Shown here one piece after another: positions 1 to 12,959 of a stretch of DNA of 64,000 bases. Made by a program: the position numbers and the translations under genes. Below the pieces are notes generated by a model. It was not told the DNA's origin. It did no database searches and was given only the letters and a program-made list of their open reading frames with translations. The stretch is from Octopus sinensis (Eukaryota), in contig NC_043010.1 of the NCBI RefSeq assembly GCF_006345805.1, forward strand, positions 60,140,001 through 60,204,000, given 5' to 3'. Positions within the stretch are counted from its first letter, which is position 1. Each line of letters opens with the position of its first letter.

Positions 1-2
1 GA

Positions 3-59
3 CCACAAATGGAATGGAAAACATCGACAATTATGAGAAGCCTCCCCAAAGTTTCTAAG
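3..59 (+). CDS. Putative exon (3' part) of an unidentified host gene: PQMEWKTSTIMRSLPKVSK
   Basis: Only one frame is open up to a strong donor AAG|GTAAGC at 59/60 (phase 0). The 5' end lies outside the window. Confidence 0.45.
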
Positions 60-493
60 GTAAGCTATTTAAACTCACTGATTCATAAATGTAGAATTGT
101 CAATAAATTGTTCTTTGGTTTACTATGTTGGCTTATATTTTTCCTTTCAGTGAATTCACTTCTCCTAATATGAAAAAGGATTATCCAATTTCTTCAAGAT
201 AACGAAAAGCAATGAAAATTAAATTGATACTGTTTGTTTAAGTTTTTAAAGACTTCCATTATTTAATATCCACTTCAATTTGACTACTGTATCAAAACCA
301 AAATCAGAAACCTGATATTAATCCAATTATTAACAAGCATTTCATTTCACTTTACTCTGCTTTAAGACATTGGTCAAACTAATGAAAGCAAACCTCAGTA
401 GCCACTTCACGTTACTACTTCACTTGTTTCATTCAGTCATTCCAATCACTTCTCTCGTATGAGATATATAATGCTGAATGGTGTTATTACTAG

Positions 494-522
494 CTACAAA
501 AGAACTTTTATTCCTATCTCAG
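494..522 (+). CDS. Putative 29-nt exon LQKNFYSYL(R)
   Basis: Acceptor ttattactag| and donor CAG|GTAAAT; phase 0 to 2, compatible with the neighbouring candidates. Weak pyrimidine tract. Confidence 0.3.
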
Positions 523-3500
523 GTAAATATTTCTAATAGACTGCATAACACAAATGGGATATATAACAATTAAGTGTCTTTGCTTATATGAAGATAATTA
601 AAGAATTCAATAGTCAGTGATTTGGAAACTGACTGTTTGTTAAACAACTTTACAAAATTCCAACATTCAGTATTGTTTGCTTCGATTGCAGATGTTGAGA
701 TACAGAAAACATTAGGAGCATAAACCAGAAATATAGTATTAACACTTGTTAAATATTATTAAAAGATATTGTCTATATTTCTTTTTGAACTAGAGTTGTG
801 AACCTGAAGTGATTTGATTATTTTATTTATTTCTTTGTCTTGTTCTTTTTCTAACTCCCTTTTTTTTTTACCTGTTCCATTGTTCTTACTTTGGTTTTTC
901 ATATTTAACCATCTGGTTAGTCAACCCCATTCATCCCTTTCTCCCCCCCTCTCTGACTCATATTTTCATTTCACTTCATTTCTCATTTCTCTCTCCATTA
1001 ATAAAACACAAGTAATGTTTTACATTGTTTTCTTATGACAATATCTATATTTTTTCATGATTTTCTCTTGACAATATCTTTTGTTGACTAAACTTGGTAC
1101 CATTTAACATACAACAATCATAAAATGTCCTCAAATTATAAATAATTGTATGCAAAAACAAATGGAATATCCAGCTGGTTTTCATTTCTTTTCTTTTATC
1201 TCAGCAATAGGGGATGGAGTGAAACCTATATAATAAGCAGCTATATCATCCATATAATGTGAACAGGGCAACAACTATGTCAAAATAAAATATATTGCTT
1301 GCTTCTCAATATAATCAGTTTTCTTAGCAGCTCCTCTTTGATATTCTTTCTCTCTAACTTGAATAGGTGGTCATTATCAAAGTATTGTCTTTATTGATGT
1401 ATATTGATTTTTCAGCTATTGCAATACAACATCAAATAATTTTCAGATAAACTTAGCAGAGGTCAAAAATTCTCAAGTGGAAAAGATACTCTAAAGTCTA
1501 GACTGTCTATGGTATATTTTAAAGATAAGTTTTGTGACGAAAGCCATTCTCTTTTGATGTGTTTCTTTGATCAAAGTGGCTTCGTGTAAAAGACTTGGAT
1601 GATGGGTGGAATACATTAGATTCTTTCTTCTGGTAGTTTGTTATAGTGACTGATCAAGCAATTTATGGTGGGTGAAGTCTTCTACTAGAATTGATGACAC
1701 AGATGAAGATTCATGGTGAAATAAATAGCTATAACTTGATTATTTTTTGGTTTTATGTTATATTTTTAGATAATGAATCCAGAAATATCTTATTGAGAAT
1801 TGATAATGGTGTATTGTTCAGTGACTCTTATTCAGTGTCCAATGTTTATGATTTATCATTTGCAGTAACAAAGTTGTATATATACTAAATTTAGTCTGTA
1901 ACAAGTTAAAACTAGCTGGTTCTTTTCTTTTGCATATTATACTACAAATAATGATACAATTAGCCATTACACTAATTTCAAGATTTTGTTTTAATAGCAA
2001 TTTCAAATTCACAAATTCCAAAGTGTTCTAATTTTCCCAATAAGATTAGTATAACAAAGTTTAAAGAATTAAACTTTTAATGACAATATTACTTGATGTT
2101 TAGATATTTATGATTGAGAGGTCAGTGGGAATTGCTTGGGACAGTGGTAGTTATGGAAATGTGAGAAAGAAACAAAATTAAGACATGTATATTAATATCC
2201 TCTTTTGTGGATTAATTTAATCCATAATAGAAGAAAAGGATATTAACAAGTTGATATTTATATTCATGTGTGTGTTGCAAAGAGTTTATTGATATGGAAA
2301 ATAATATCATCAATTATTTCAGATAAGAAGAATAATAAAGTTTCTGGCTGTCAGCTAACATATTCAATGTCTCTCATGTAAAAAATGAAGCCAAACGTTT
2401 TTATAATTATAATTCACATTTAGTAGCCAAGAAATTAAATATTTGAGAATGATAAGAACAAATTTAAATCATGCAATGTCTACATTATGCAGTATGCAAA
2501 ATAGATAGTTATGAATCTATTAACTACAAATAAATCTTAAGAAGTAATAAAGAACATAAATTTAAATTAAAAATAGCTGTAAAATAATAAGTGTAAATAT
2601 TTGTGAATAATTGTATGCATTTGTAAATTTGCATGAATTGAGACAAGGAAGCTGGATGGAAACTTTGTGAGTTGATATTTTAAAGCAGAGAAATAAATTC
2701 ATGTTGAAACAAAATTATTTTCCAAATATGAATACATAAGAAATATGTTCAGCAACTACTGGACTATATTTACCATTTTTAAGGAGCTATTTTGTATATT
2801 TAGCATGAAGCTTGGTTTTGTCTGCTGCAAAGTTTTAATATGGTAGGTGCAGTGTGAGCCAATTTGTCATTCTTTAGAGTTTATTATAGGAGCTAACAAA
2901 CACAATAGTCTGGTGAGTGTATGCGTTTTGAATTTGCTTAGGTGTTTAGGTCCTGACTGAGCAGACCTACAATCAAAGGCATTAAGGCATTACAAACATG
3001 ACCATCCCATTTGTGCATGTAGAAGGACACTATCTAATGTATTCTGTCCTTACTTAAGATAGTAAGATGTGATTTAAGAGAGAGTTACCTGTTATTGTTT
3101 GGAGGCAAAACAACCAGGTAATTGGCTTGCAGGTGTTGCAGTTATCCCAGATACATTGTTACTGTTTCTTTGAAAACATCTTCAACTATTAATCACACAC
3201 ACATACAACAAGCAATGCTTGGTTAGAAACATTCAATCGACAACTTTAGAATATAATAATATTTGTCAGAGCAACAACCATCATACAAAGATAGTTAAAA
3301 CAGTGGCAAAAGACCGCTTTATTATATAAACTAATGGCATCCTTGCCACCTTCATTAATCTCAAAATGATAAAAAGCAATGTCAAACCAAAAATGAATTG
3401 CACGAAGAACTGCTCAGGACCAGTGTAAATTCTCTTTTTCATGTAATGCTCTATCATTCACCTTGTATATATCCAGTACATGTCTAATATATAGGTTGTA

Positions 3501-3949
3501 CATGTCCAGCATATAAATCATACACAGCCAGTATATAAACAGTATATGGCCAGTGTATTTACCCTACATGGCCGGTATGTAGACTGTACAAGTCCAGCAT
3601 ATGTGGGTAGTAAGTATTAAATTTTCTAACAATCTGCTATGTTCCTACCTTAGTCATCTCTTTTTCCTTACAATAAATTGTCTCATTAAATGACTTCCAT
3701 AGTTTCCCTTCTTCAAACAATAGATTTGACTGCAAAGCTAGAAAAACATTATTGTTTTGATAAGGGCAAGTTTAAAACATCCAAGAAGAAGCAACAATAC
3801 TATGTAAGAACTACTGTACTATTGAAAAATAATGTGGTTATTCAATTTTAATTATTCCTATAAGGTGTTTTTGTTGAATGTTGTAAATATAAATATTTCT
3901 GGAATGTGATAAATTTCTGTTTCATGAGTAAATAAAAGAAAAGCAGGGG

Positions 3950-4860
3950 ACATTCAAGTGTCAAAAAGTTTCCCGACTAGTTATGTTTAATAAAAAAATA
4001 ACTTCCTTCAAAACAGTCACCTTGTGCATCAATACATCCGTCCCAGCATTTCTGCCACTTTTGGAATCTGGCCAGGAAGTCATTTTCTGAAAACAAATTG
4101 AGGACCTTCTGAAATTCGCTCTAGCAACCTTTGAGTAGCAATTTCATCTAGGGGAAGAGCTAAAAGTCCACGGGTGCTAAATGTGATGAATAGGGTGGGT
4201 GTGGAAGCAATGCCATTTTGTTTTTGGCAAGAAAGTCCTGAATGAAGAGAGTTTGGTGACAGGGTACATTGTCATCATGAAGAATCCAATTCTTCACACT
4301 CCACAGATCCGGTCACTTTCACCAAATGTGCCCCCTCAAATGCTTCAAAACATCACAGCAGAACTCTGGATTGATGGTCGAGCTCTGAGGGATGAATTCT
4401 CAATGCACAATAGTGTGGATGTCAAGAAAAATGATGAGCATGTTCTTGACTGAGCTACAGCTGTGTCATGCCTTTTTCAGTCATGGAGATGAAGGCCACT
4501 TCCATTGTGATGATTGCTGCTTCGTCTCAGGGTTGTACCCATAGATCCAACTCTCATCACCTCAACATGAAGGATACGTCATCAGTGGTACATTGATGGA
4601 GATCTTCACAGACTTCAATGCGATGCTCTTTATGCTCAGTGGTCTGCACGCAGAGGACAAACTTGGAAGAGACATGCCAATCCAGACGTTAGGATTGCCT
4701 GCACAGACCCATATGACATAAGCAATATCATCGATCATTCTTATGCACAAGCCAATGAATTTTCTCCACATTTCTGAGGTGATGCTCATGGCAGGCCTTC
4801 CAGATCACTCGTCCTCTTCCAGAGATATTCTTCCACCTTTGAAGCACCTCTGCAAATACA
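3950..4860 (-). mobile_element. Degenerate mariner (Tc1/mariner, DD34D-type) transposase remnant
   Basis: Minus-strand translation gives DE*SGRP, GDESWIYGYNPETKQQSSQW, HDNVPCH and HPPYSSHLAPVDF, with stops and frameshifts. Same family as the 43.9-44.9 kb copy (shared gagtgatctggaag..cctgcca..aaatgtggagaaaattcat). Confidence 0.9.
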
Positions 4861-5295
4861 GTTAATGTTTACTTTATATTTTTATTAGTTTATTGTTCAA
4901 AAGAAAAAAAACAGGCAGCAGGGGTGAGCTGAAGAGGAAACCATAGGAATGAAGAATATTGTAGGGTTTGGAAGATTGTAACTAATGTAGCTGCAGAATG
5001 AGTTAATTTTATTCATTCCAGGATTTTAGAGGGTTTACTTCTTCAGTACTTAATTCCTATTCCTTTACACTGAAGAGTTGAGAGAAAAAGATTTTCATTA
5101 CTTCGAGGATATACATTGGTAATCATTTTGAGTGAACTGAATACAGCATTACAAATTAGCAAAATACTTGTTGATTCTACAGTGCTAAATTAGTAAACTA
5201 AATCCCCTTCAGCAATAACAACTACACTGGAGTATGGTTCTCCTTTTTGTGGAAACACTCAGTAACTGAGATCAGAAAGTTCATCTGTTTTACAG

Positions 5296-5338
5296 ATCTC
5301 ATTATGTGGTGGCTGCTAATCCATGGTCATATGCAAAG
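5296..5338 (+). CDS. Putative exon (R)SHYVVAANPWSYAK with a GC donor
   Basis: Acceptor tcatctgttttacag|; phase 2 to 0. Needs the non-canonical donor AAG|GCAAAT, because read-through hits a stop. Confidence 0.3.
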
Positions 5339-5520
5339 GCAAATCATTCACTGAATATTTCTGAATGAGGTGCAGGTGTAATGGGGATTTTTTTTGTGTG
5401 CTACAGTTAATAATTCAACAATGATGTGATATTTGACAAAAGGTAACTGTTGTTAAGAACTCTAAGCTCTGTATTGGCCAGACAAAGCCATCACTGAAAC
5501 ACATTCTTCATAATCTACAG

Positions 5521-5580
5521 ACATTACTGAAGGGTTCATATAAGCATCAAACTTTCGCTCCCTCTTTGCATCCATTGCAG
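5521..5580 (+). CDS. Putative 60-nt exon TLLKGSYKHQTFAPSLHPLQ
   Basis: Acceptor cattcttcataatctacag| and donor CAG|GTATAT; only phase 0 is open. Confidence 0.45.
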
Positions 5581-6019
5581 GTATATATTATTTAGATCAG
5601 CCTGTAGTTATGAATTTAGAAGAATGCAAAACTGCTCACATTTTTTCCCGCAAAGTTTTCCATTTAACTTTCAATTTATTTATATTAGTAAGTGACTATT
5701 CCTTTAGATTCTGATATTAAACTGCATTAAGAATGGCCTTGTATTTTATCCTTCCATGATCAATGAAAGAAGTAACAAGCAATACATTGATGTGGATCCA
5801 ATAACTATATATTACCATACCACACACACACACACACGTATGATTGTATAGAGATGTTAGCTATGCTCATTGCTTTAAAGTCAGTAAAGTAGTCTGAACA
5901 CAAGCTAGAGACTGTGATGATGATTAATAATTGCAGAATTTTATGGGAATTTGCATTAGGAACTGACAATACTTTTGAAGCAAGGAGACTAGATATGATC
6001 ATAAATGATAGGGAAAAAG

Positions 6020-6390
6020 ATAGGGTAAGATCATAAACTTTGCAATACCATATGTTACCAAAGTGGAGATCAAGGAAATTGAGAAATATTAGAACCCAAC
6101 CAGAGAGGTAAACAGATTGTAAAACACGAAGGTGAAAATTGTTCCTATTGTAATCGGTGCACTTGACCCAAACCGCTACTTAAGAGGCTGAAGGATATTG
6201 GAATTGTGATATGTGCTCTCAACTTGCAGAAAAGTTCAATCCTGTATTTAGCTAGAATTCTAAGAAAGAGTCTTAAGTTTTGAGGAGACTTGTAGTCACC
6301 AAACCTCAAAATAACATCCTTGTTAATGAAATGAACATGTAATACCTTTCATATAATAATAATAACAACAACAACAACAACAACAGACAA
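6020..6390 (+). mobile_element. 3' end fragment of an R4/Dong-like non-LTR retrotransposon
   Basis: VKIVPIVIGAL and LQKS..LYLARILRK-like C-terminal motifs, followed by a (TAA)n/(CAA)n tail at about 6352-6385. Confidence 0.65.
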
Positions 6391-6629
6391 TAATAAAGAG
6401 TGCAATATAATTTGTCATAAATTGGTTATTTAATGGTTTGAACGATATTTTGATAGCTCATCTGTCTTCTTCAAAATATTAAATGAAAACAACTGCAGAA
6501 AGTATAAATGAGGAAATCCTGTGTTCCTATTTTCATTACATCAATTTTCAATTTTCAATTTTGTAACTGGTAAAAGGAAAAAGAAGAGAAAAAGAAAAGA
6601 AAAAGAAAGGAGGAAACAGTCTAAGCATA

Positions 6630-8240
6630 AAGTAGTGTTGAAAACTGTTTTTCAGTAACCATAGATGTTTCTTCACAATATACCAATGTAAATCACAATG
6701 AGGGGGTGGAAGCATACATGAATGCCTTCAAAAAAACAGTCAAACAAAAGTACTTCATCTAAGTTTCTCTAAGTTATTGAAGTTTGTATAACAAAGTAAC
6801 AGTGAAGTTTGGACAAAAATTTTACCACCAGACTAATGGTTGCACCATGGGTACCCCCATGGCAGTTAATTTCTCTGATGTCTTCATGATGGAATTTGAA
6901 ACACAGTTAATTTCTTGCATGGTCATGAATCAATGCTCTGGTTATGGTTCATTGATGATGTCCTTTTTGTCAGTGAAGGATCACAGGACGGTTTAATTAA
7001 CTTCTTGCATTTCTGTAATTGTTATGCAAACAATTATGGCTTTCAGACCAATATAAAATTTATGTCTGGTGTTTCAAAAATTAGCGCCGAGTTTTTGGAC
7101 ACAAAAGTTGAGTTTTCTCAAGGCAGAATAATGACAGAGTTATTTTGCAAGCCCACATCATCCTACATTTACCTCCACTGCCATTCCAATCATCCACATC
7201 ATATAATTTGGTCAAATCAAGAAATCCCAATTTTTGAAGATAAAATGGATTTGCACTGATGTAGAGGATTATTGGGAACATGGAAAGGCTTTTGTACACC
7301 ATTATGTCAAACGCAGTTACAGTGAATCATGATTAAAGGAAATCACAAATGATATACCTAAAATTAGCAAGGAAAGTCAAACATCCATGCATAATTTTAA
7401 CAACCAAAGTAAAATCTGTGACAGAATTCCTTTAGTGATTAACTGGCACCAAAATGTTGCTGGTATTTCAAAAGTATTGCATAAAAATTACAAGCATATG
7501 GCAGAAAAATATTTTTATTTCAAACAGATATTCTCTCAGCCACCTATTGAAGCTTTAGAAGCAGAAAAATATTAACCACTACCTCTAACTCCAAGAAAAC
7601 TATCAATGAAGTTTCTGAACACAGGATCTTGAAAAACAGCCACAGGAGAAGTAAACTCTATTTATTGTGCAACAAAATGAGTCAAGTCAATTCCATCATG
7701 AACAATAACAGAAATATTATGATTTATATGGAAGGTGGGACATGTAAAGATTCCCATTTGGTGTACACAACAGATTGCACCAAATACAACTTAATTTATG
7801 TTGGTTGAACAACAGAACAATTAAGCAAAAGATTCAATGGGCAAAGGTATGACATCAGGCAAAATAGTAGTGGGTTCAACAGAACATTTTATATCAAGCA
7901 GCTGCAATTTTGAGGAACACCTGAAAGCATACATCCTCAGAGAATATTTTGAATCTACTCTGTTTTCAGTACTCAAAATGCACGAGGACAATTTGTGAAT
8001 TACTAACATCACGCCCGAGAGGAATGAATAAGATAACTGGTGAATTTCATCACATTTATGTGAAACTGTTTGACTAAATATTCTTTTTTTCTTTCTTTCT
8101 TTTTCCTTTTACCAGTTACAAAATTGAAAACTGATGTAATGTCATTCTATGAAAATGGGAACACAGGGTTTCCTCGTTTATATTTTGAATTTCTGTGTTT
8201 CTGCAGTCGTTTTCATTTTACATTTTGAACTTGAAGAAGA
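6630..8240 (+). mobile_element. Penelope-like element remnant (RT + GIY-YIG)
   Basis: FYHQTNGCTMGTPMAVNFSDVFM, LWFIDDVLFV, EFLDTKV and ELFCKPTSSYIYLHCHSNHP are PLE RT motifs. TCKDSHLVYTTDCTKYNLIYVG*TTEQLSKRFNGQRYDI is GIY-YIG-like. Many stops and frameshifts. Confidence 0.9.
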
Positions 8241-8650
8241 TATTATTTACATTCGATGGATATTTGTCTTCATCTTGTTTGTTGTTAACACAATGTTTCG
8301 GCTGATATACCCTCCAGCCTTCTTCAGGCTGAAGGGTATATCAAGACCAAGGTCCAGTTAATAACATAACTCATGTTACACACATAAACACAGGCATGTG
8401 GCATAGTGATTAAGAGTGTGGTCTGCCAACCCCAAGATTCCGAGTTCAATTCCAGGCAGTGACCTGGAGGAGGAGGAGGATGACGACGAAAAATACCTTA
8501 GGAATGAGAAACTAGGTTCGAAATTTCCCCAAGACACCTGATGAAGGGTGGAAAGTAAATCAGCCAAAACATTGTGTTAACAACAAACAAGATGGAAAAA
8601 TATCAGTCAAATGTAAATAATGTAAATAATTCCTCATCTCTTAAATATAA
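8241..8650 (+). mobile_element. tRNA-derived SINE flanked by about 85-bp inverted arms carrying a hammerhead-like motif
   Basis: A-box-like TGGCATAGTGA (about 8399) and B-box-like GAGTTCAATTCC (about 8442). Arm 8241-8328 is the reverse complement of arm 8537-8620. Confidence 0.8.
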
Positions 8651-8824
8651 AACTGTATTAAGAAACTAAAACTCATAGTAAAACAAAACAGTGTGAGTTA
8701 CACGGAGAGGAGGAGGCTGTGTACCGCTAATCATCACAAAAATAAGAACATAATGCTGCACCAGAAATTGCCCAAAACTACAAAAGAAAAACATTTGATA
8801 ATTACAAGAATCCTTTATGCGATA

Positions 8825-9125
8825 ATCACAAGGCCTGGAGTTTGGTAGGGAGGGAACCAGTCGGTAACATCAATCCAAGAACTCAACTGCTACTTATTTT
8901 ATCAATCCCTAAAGGATGAAAGGCAAAGGTGACCTCAGTAGAGTGTTAACCCAGAACTTAGAGCTAGAAGAAATACTAAGAAGTTTGTCTAGAAAGGTAA
9001 CAATTCTGCTGGTTCACTGAAAATATAAAAGGCAAAGTCAACCTCAGTAGAATTTGAACTCAGAACTAAAAAACACCAGAAGAAATGCCACTAAGCATGC
9101 AACCAGTTTTGCCTGATTGTCACCA
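8825..9125 (-). mobile_element. tRNA-derived SINE (core resembling the Meta-domain type), with the head region duplicated
   Basis: Reverse complement of the gttctgagttcaaatt...tttgcctttcatccttt.ggg.ttgataaaataag motif, shared with the 11.9, 51.7 and 52.2 kb copies. Meta-domain assignment is from recall. Confidence 0.7.
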
Positions 9126-9383
9126 TAGTAATTAGAATAGTTTCTACATTATTATTTTGAGGTTTATATGATGAACCATTCTTCAGAAAACAAAGGGGTC
9201 GTTTCTATTACTGATTCACGTTAATACTTTTAAAGCATCATGTTGCTTGAGTACTGGCAGAGTTGTGTCCCTTCATTTTCTCTTCACCACAAAAGATGTA
9301 ATATAAAGGAAATTTTCTATTTAACATATACCAGTGTATGTCTGTACCAGAAGATACTTGTATGTTTCCGTGCATGTTGGCAA

Positions 9384-9421
<38 letters not shown>

Positions 9422-11904
9422 GTGCATTTGTGTACGTGAGTATTTGGTGAGACTGCATTTGGATGTATGCATTCATGTGATGTCCTTATGAATCATAATT
9501 TTTGTCTCTAAAATTAACTCATGTAATTTCATGTTATTTTACAAGAAGGAATCAGAATGTAAAAAAAAAAAACTTGTGGATGAAGCAAAGAAATGTTAAT
9601 ATGGTGGTGCTTTTTTTTAGAGACGAACGCTTAGATCAACGTGTTGAAATAGGAAAAATATAATACTTATTTGGTTTTCAAGTGGTCTTAGAAAAGAGGT
9701 GCAAAAATATATAGAGGAATGAGATAAGGAATACAAGTTTATACATTTTAGACTCATATAACACACCTGAGAGTGAAGCAAAACTGAGTGCCAGTAGTAA
9801 ACGAAATTGAGATTCAGTTTGTAATTGCAATGAAAGAAGACCATTTTAGTATTATGAAAGTTCAAACATGTAGAGGTAAGCAAGAAAGTGTTAGCTACTG
9901 ATAAACCAAATTTGATAAGGACTAAAATATACCTACTGTTTATAAGTGTTGGGCTCTATAATAAGGAGAATTTATGCCCAGATAAAATCAGTTGGGTAGT
10001 ATATTTAATTTGTCATCCAGTTCAGTACCACTACCTGACCTGTGGGTACCTTTTGTAGAATCCACCTTGTAACATTCAGGTCAGATCAATGATCTGAAGA
10101 CGACCTAACATTTCTCCCACCAGTCTCAGAAACCTTGCAAAAGGTTAAGGTCACCCACCTTCTTCATTTTTAAAAAAAAAGTAAATAAAATATTCAATCA
10201 AAGTTATCTGGAAATAAATTCAGTTGTTATTGAAGTTCTGCTGACCATACTCATACACAGGATATCCAAGAAGAGTTGATAAAAATACTTAACCTCAGTG
10301 TCTATCGCATAGACGAATACTTCAGTTTCCTAAGGATAAAATTATGTTAATGTTATTTGAGAGTATTTCTTTCATTGACTGCCAAACATGATGGGAGGTT
10401 CAGTTAAAAAAGAAACATTGTAGTAGATAAACAGAAATGTCTTTAAACTATAGCGGATAAGAAAGAAAGTAGTTTAATTTTGAAAGAAGATACTGTGGCA
10501 GGTAAGCAAAAGAAGTCTAGTAAAGTAGAAAGATAGACAAAAGTAGCTGAACAATATCCAAATATATTTATCGAGACAACTTCACATTTTGTTAGTTTTG
10601 GGATATGTTTTGAGATTCTAAATCCATATCCTAGTAAATAATTGCTAATGTCTAGAGTATTATTCAAGACTTTTGGATTATTTATCAGAACACATAAGAG
10701 AAATGATCCCCAGTAAACCAAGTTCTCAAGAGAAGGAGAATATATTTTGAAGTATCTGAGTATAAAATCTTTGATATGTATAAAAATGTTATCAGTAATA
10801 TAAGCTCGTGAAGAATAAGTGTGATTTGGAGGAAATTAGCATAAGCAAGTTGGTACATACGTAAGCAGCCGAGTCAGTACCAATAACTAGTATCAGACTT
10901 GTAGGTTAAAGAAAACACAATTGCTGTCTTAACAACAATGACTACTGCTAAGATACTTAACGAGACACTTGATAAGTTTAAATGCAAATATACCCAGTGT
11001 CCAATATTAAGAAAAAAAGCACTTTTCAAGATGTTATTATAGACATCTATTTTTCAATAGTATATTTGCATTCACCTAGTTATCTCTTGACCTTTCTTCC
11101 ACTGCATCACTATATGACCGTAGTCCTTTCTGACGGTCGAGATTTAGTTTGCAAATGTTTTTGACTGAATCTTTGATTATAACTGAAAAACTAGAAAGTG
11201 GGGGGTTTTTTTCACTTTCATAATAGTGATACATTCAGGCTCATATAGAAAAAATTAGAAATATAACTTACTAAACTATTGTGTAACCATTAATTATACC
11301 TTAAAATCCAGTGCAGGGGATTTTCTTAAATTGCATTATTTTAGCTTCTTAACCAGAAGAATTCCAGTTAATCAAACTTAAATCTTATAAAATAGAAAGG
11401 GGCTTCAGAAATTATGTTGGCTGAAATACTTAATTTTTGTGATTCATTTGTTAGCTTTTTATTTAAAAAAAAATAATTTGATATTTCATGATTTATTTTA
11501 ATCAAGTGAAAAAAAACCTTTTCTGAGATAAGTTTTATTGACAGATTTTCATTAGTCAAACATATATTCCTTTCATACTTTATAACAGAACACCGATGAC
11601 TGTACTATTTTAAATTTGATTTGTTTTGCATCATTCCTATTTTAAATTTATTTATTTACTCCTCAACTTTAATTAGTCATTGTTCTTCACCAACACAAAT
11701 ATAATCATTTCAAAATGTATATTACGCAGGAGTTATATACCTTGAATTTATTTGAGCTTCCTGAGTTGTATGCCTTGTAATAATGTGGTTAATTTCTTAT
11801 AATTAACAAAGTCAGATAGACTCAATTTGAACCCAAGATATTGCCACCAAGTGTTCTGTTGTTGTTGTACCACCTTCATTGTCACCTTATTAATAACAAG
11901 TATG

Positions 11905-12112
11905 CAAGCTGCTGGCAGATTCATTAGTACAACAGACAAAATGCTTAGCAACAACATTCATTGGTCATGAAGTTCTGAGTTCAAATTCTATTGAGGCTGA
12001 CTTTGCTTTTCGCCCTTCTAGAGTTGGATAAAATAAGTACCAGTTGAATTCTGGGGGTCGATATAATCGACTAGACCCATCCTCCGAAATTTCAGCCCTT
12101 GTGCCTAAAGGA
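11905..12112 (+). mobile_element. tRNA-derived SINE, same family as 8825-9125
   Basis: gttctgagttcaaattc (B box), ctttgcttttcgcccttc..gataaaataagtaccagttg. Confidence 0.75.
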
Positions 12113-12793
12113 AATTTAATCAATATTTTTCCTTTTCTAAATAAAGTCCAAATGTTGTTTTTTTTCCAAATATATGGATAAGTATTGCAGAGTAGAGGGA
12201 AACTCCAAGGGAACTGATTCTCTTATCTTACCTCAATTTTCAATTTAATCTAATATTAATTTACTGCATTTAGCAGGGTCCATTCTGTTGCAGTCATTCA
12301 TACCTGACCCCTAGTGTTCTTTCTAATTTCATTCTTCTTACAGATATCCAGGCTAAGCACCTTATTTAAGCATCCAGACTATATTAAACTAAAAGAAATT
12401 TTCTTTTAAAAACTTGCATAGGCATCACAACACCCTATTTTCCTTCTTGAAGAAACTCTGTATAAGAAACAGACTTTACCACATACAATGATTGAAAAAG
12501 AACCACTAAATACTTGTGATAATTAGCTCTAAGTATTTATAAGAATAAGTTCTGTGCAAGAGTAAAGTTCTTAAACTGAATCAATGATTAGGTCTTAATT
12601 CCAAGTTGGAATAGTGTCACTTATATCCCTAATGATCTTGGGAAAGTTGAGCATCATGGCTTCTCCTTTGTCCCTTGCATATGAGATTTGATACTTCATG
12701 TCTATGTAAAAGAAATAAATTAGTATTTATAAGAAATAGTATGGTACTATTTTCTTTAATTATTTGGGATTTTTTTTTCTTCAAATCCCTCAG

Positions 12794-12959
12794 ATGTATC
12801 ATGAGTCAATGGAAATAGCACCACACAGTGAACAGCCTCAACAGAATACTGAGAATGGCTCCCGCTATCTCACTGACACAATGCCAACACAGGGAGACAG
12901 CAGCCATTGTTGGACTAAGGGCTTCACAGAGCAATATGAAGAAATTCCAGGAGTGTTAG
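12794..12959 (+). CDS. Putative 166-nt exon MYHESMEIAPHSEQPQQNTENGSRYLTDTMPTQGDSSHCWTKGFTEQYEEIPGVL
   Basis: Long pyrimidine tract ttttttttcttcaaatccctcag|, donor TAG|GTGAAT. Only phase 0 is open; GC-richer than the flanks; not repeat-like. Confidence 0.55.

Noticed and set aside
5296-5338. VAANPWSY resemblance to the TSR3 VAANPVNYG motif
   Set aside because: Flanking residues do not match TSR3, so no gene symbol is assigned.
10294-10329. 36-nt minus-strand exon candidate ETEVFVYAIDTE
   Set aside because: Isolated, with no partner exons found on that strand; the donor GTTAAG is weak.
10454-10860. + strand exon candidates (DKKESSLILKEDTVA with a strong donor at 10501; LVKNKCDLEE resembling the GTPase NKxD motif)
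   Set aside because: Phases do not fit the neighbouring candidates and no other GTPase motifs are present; could be chance.
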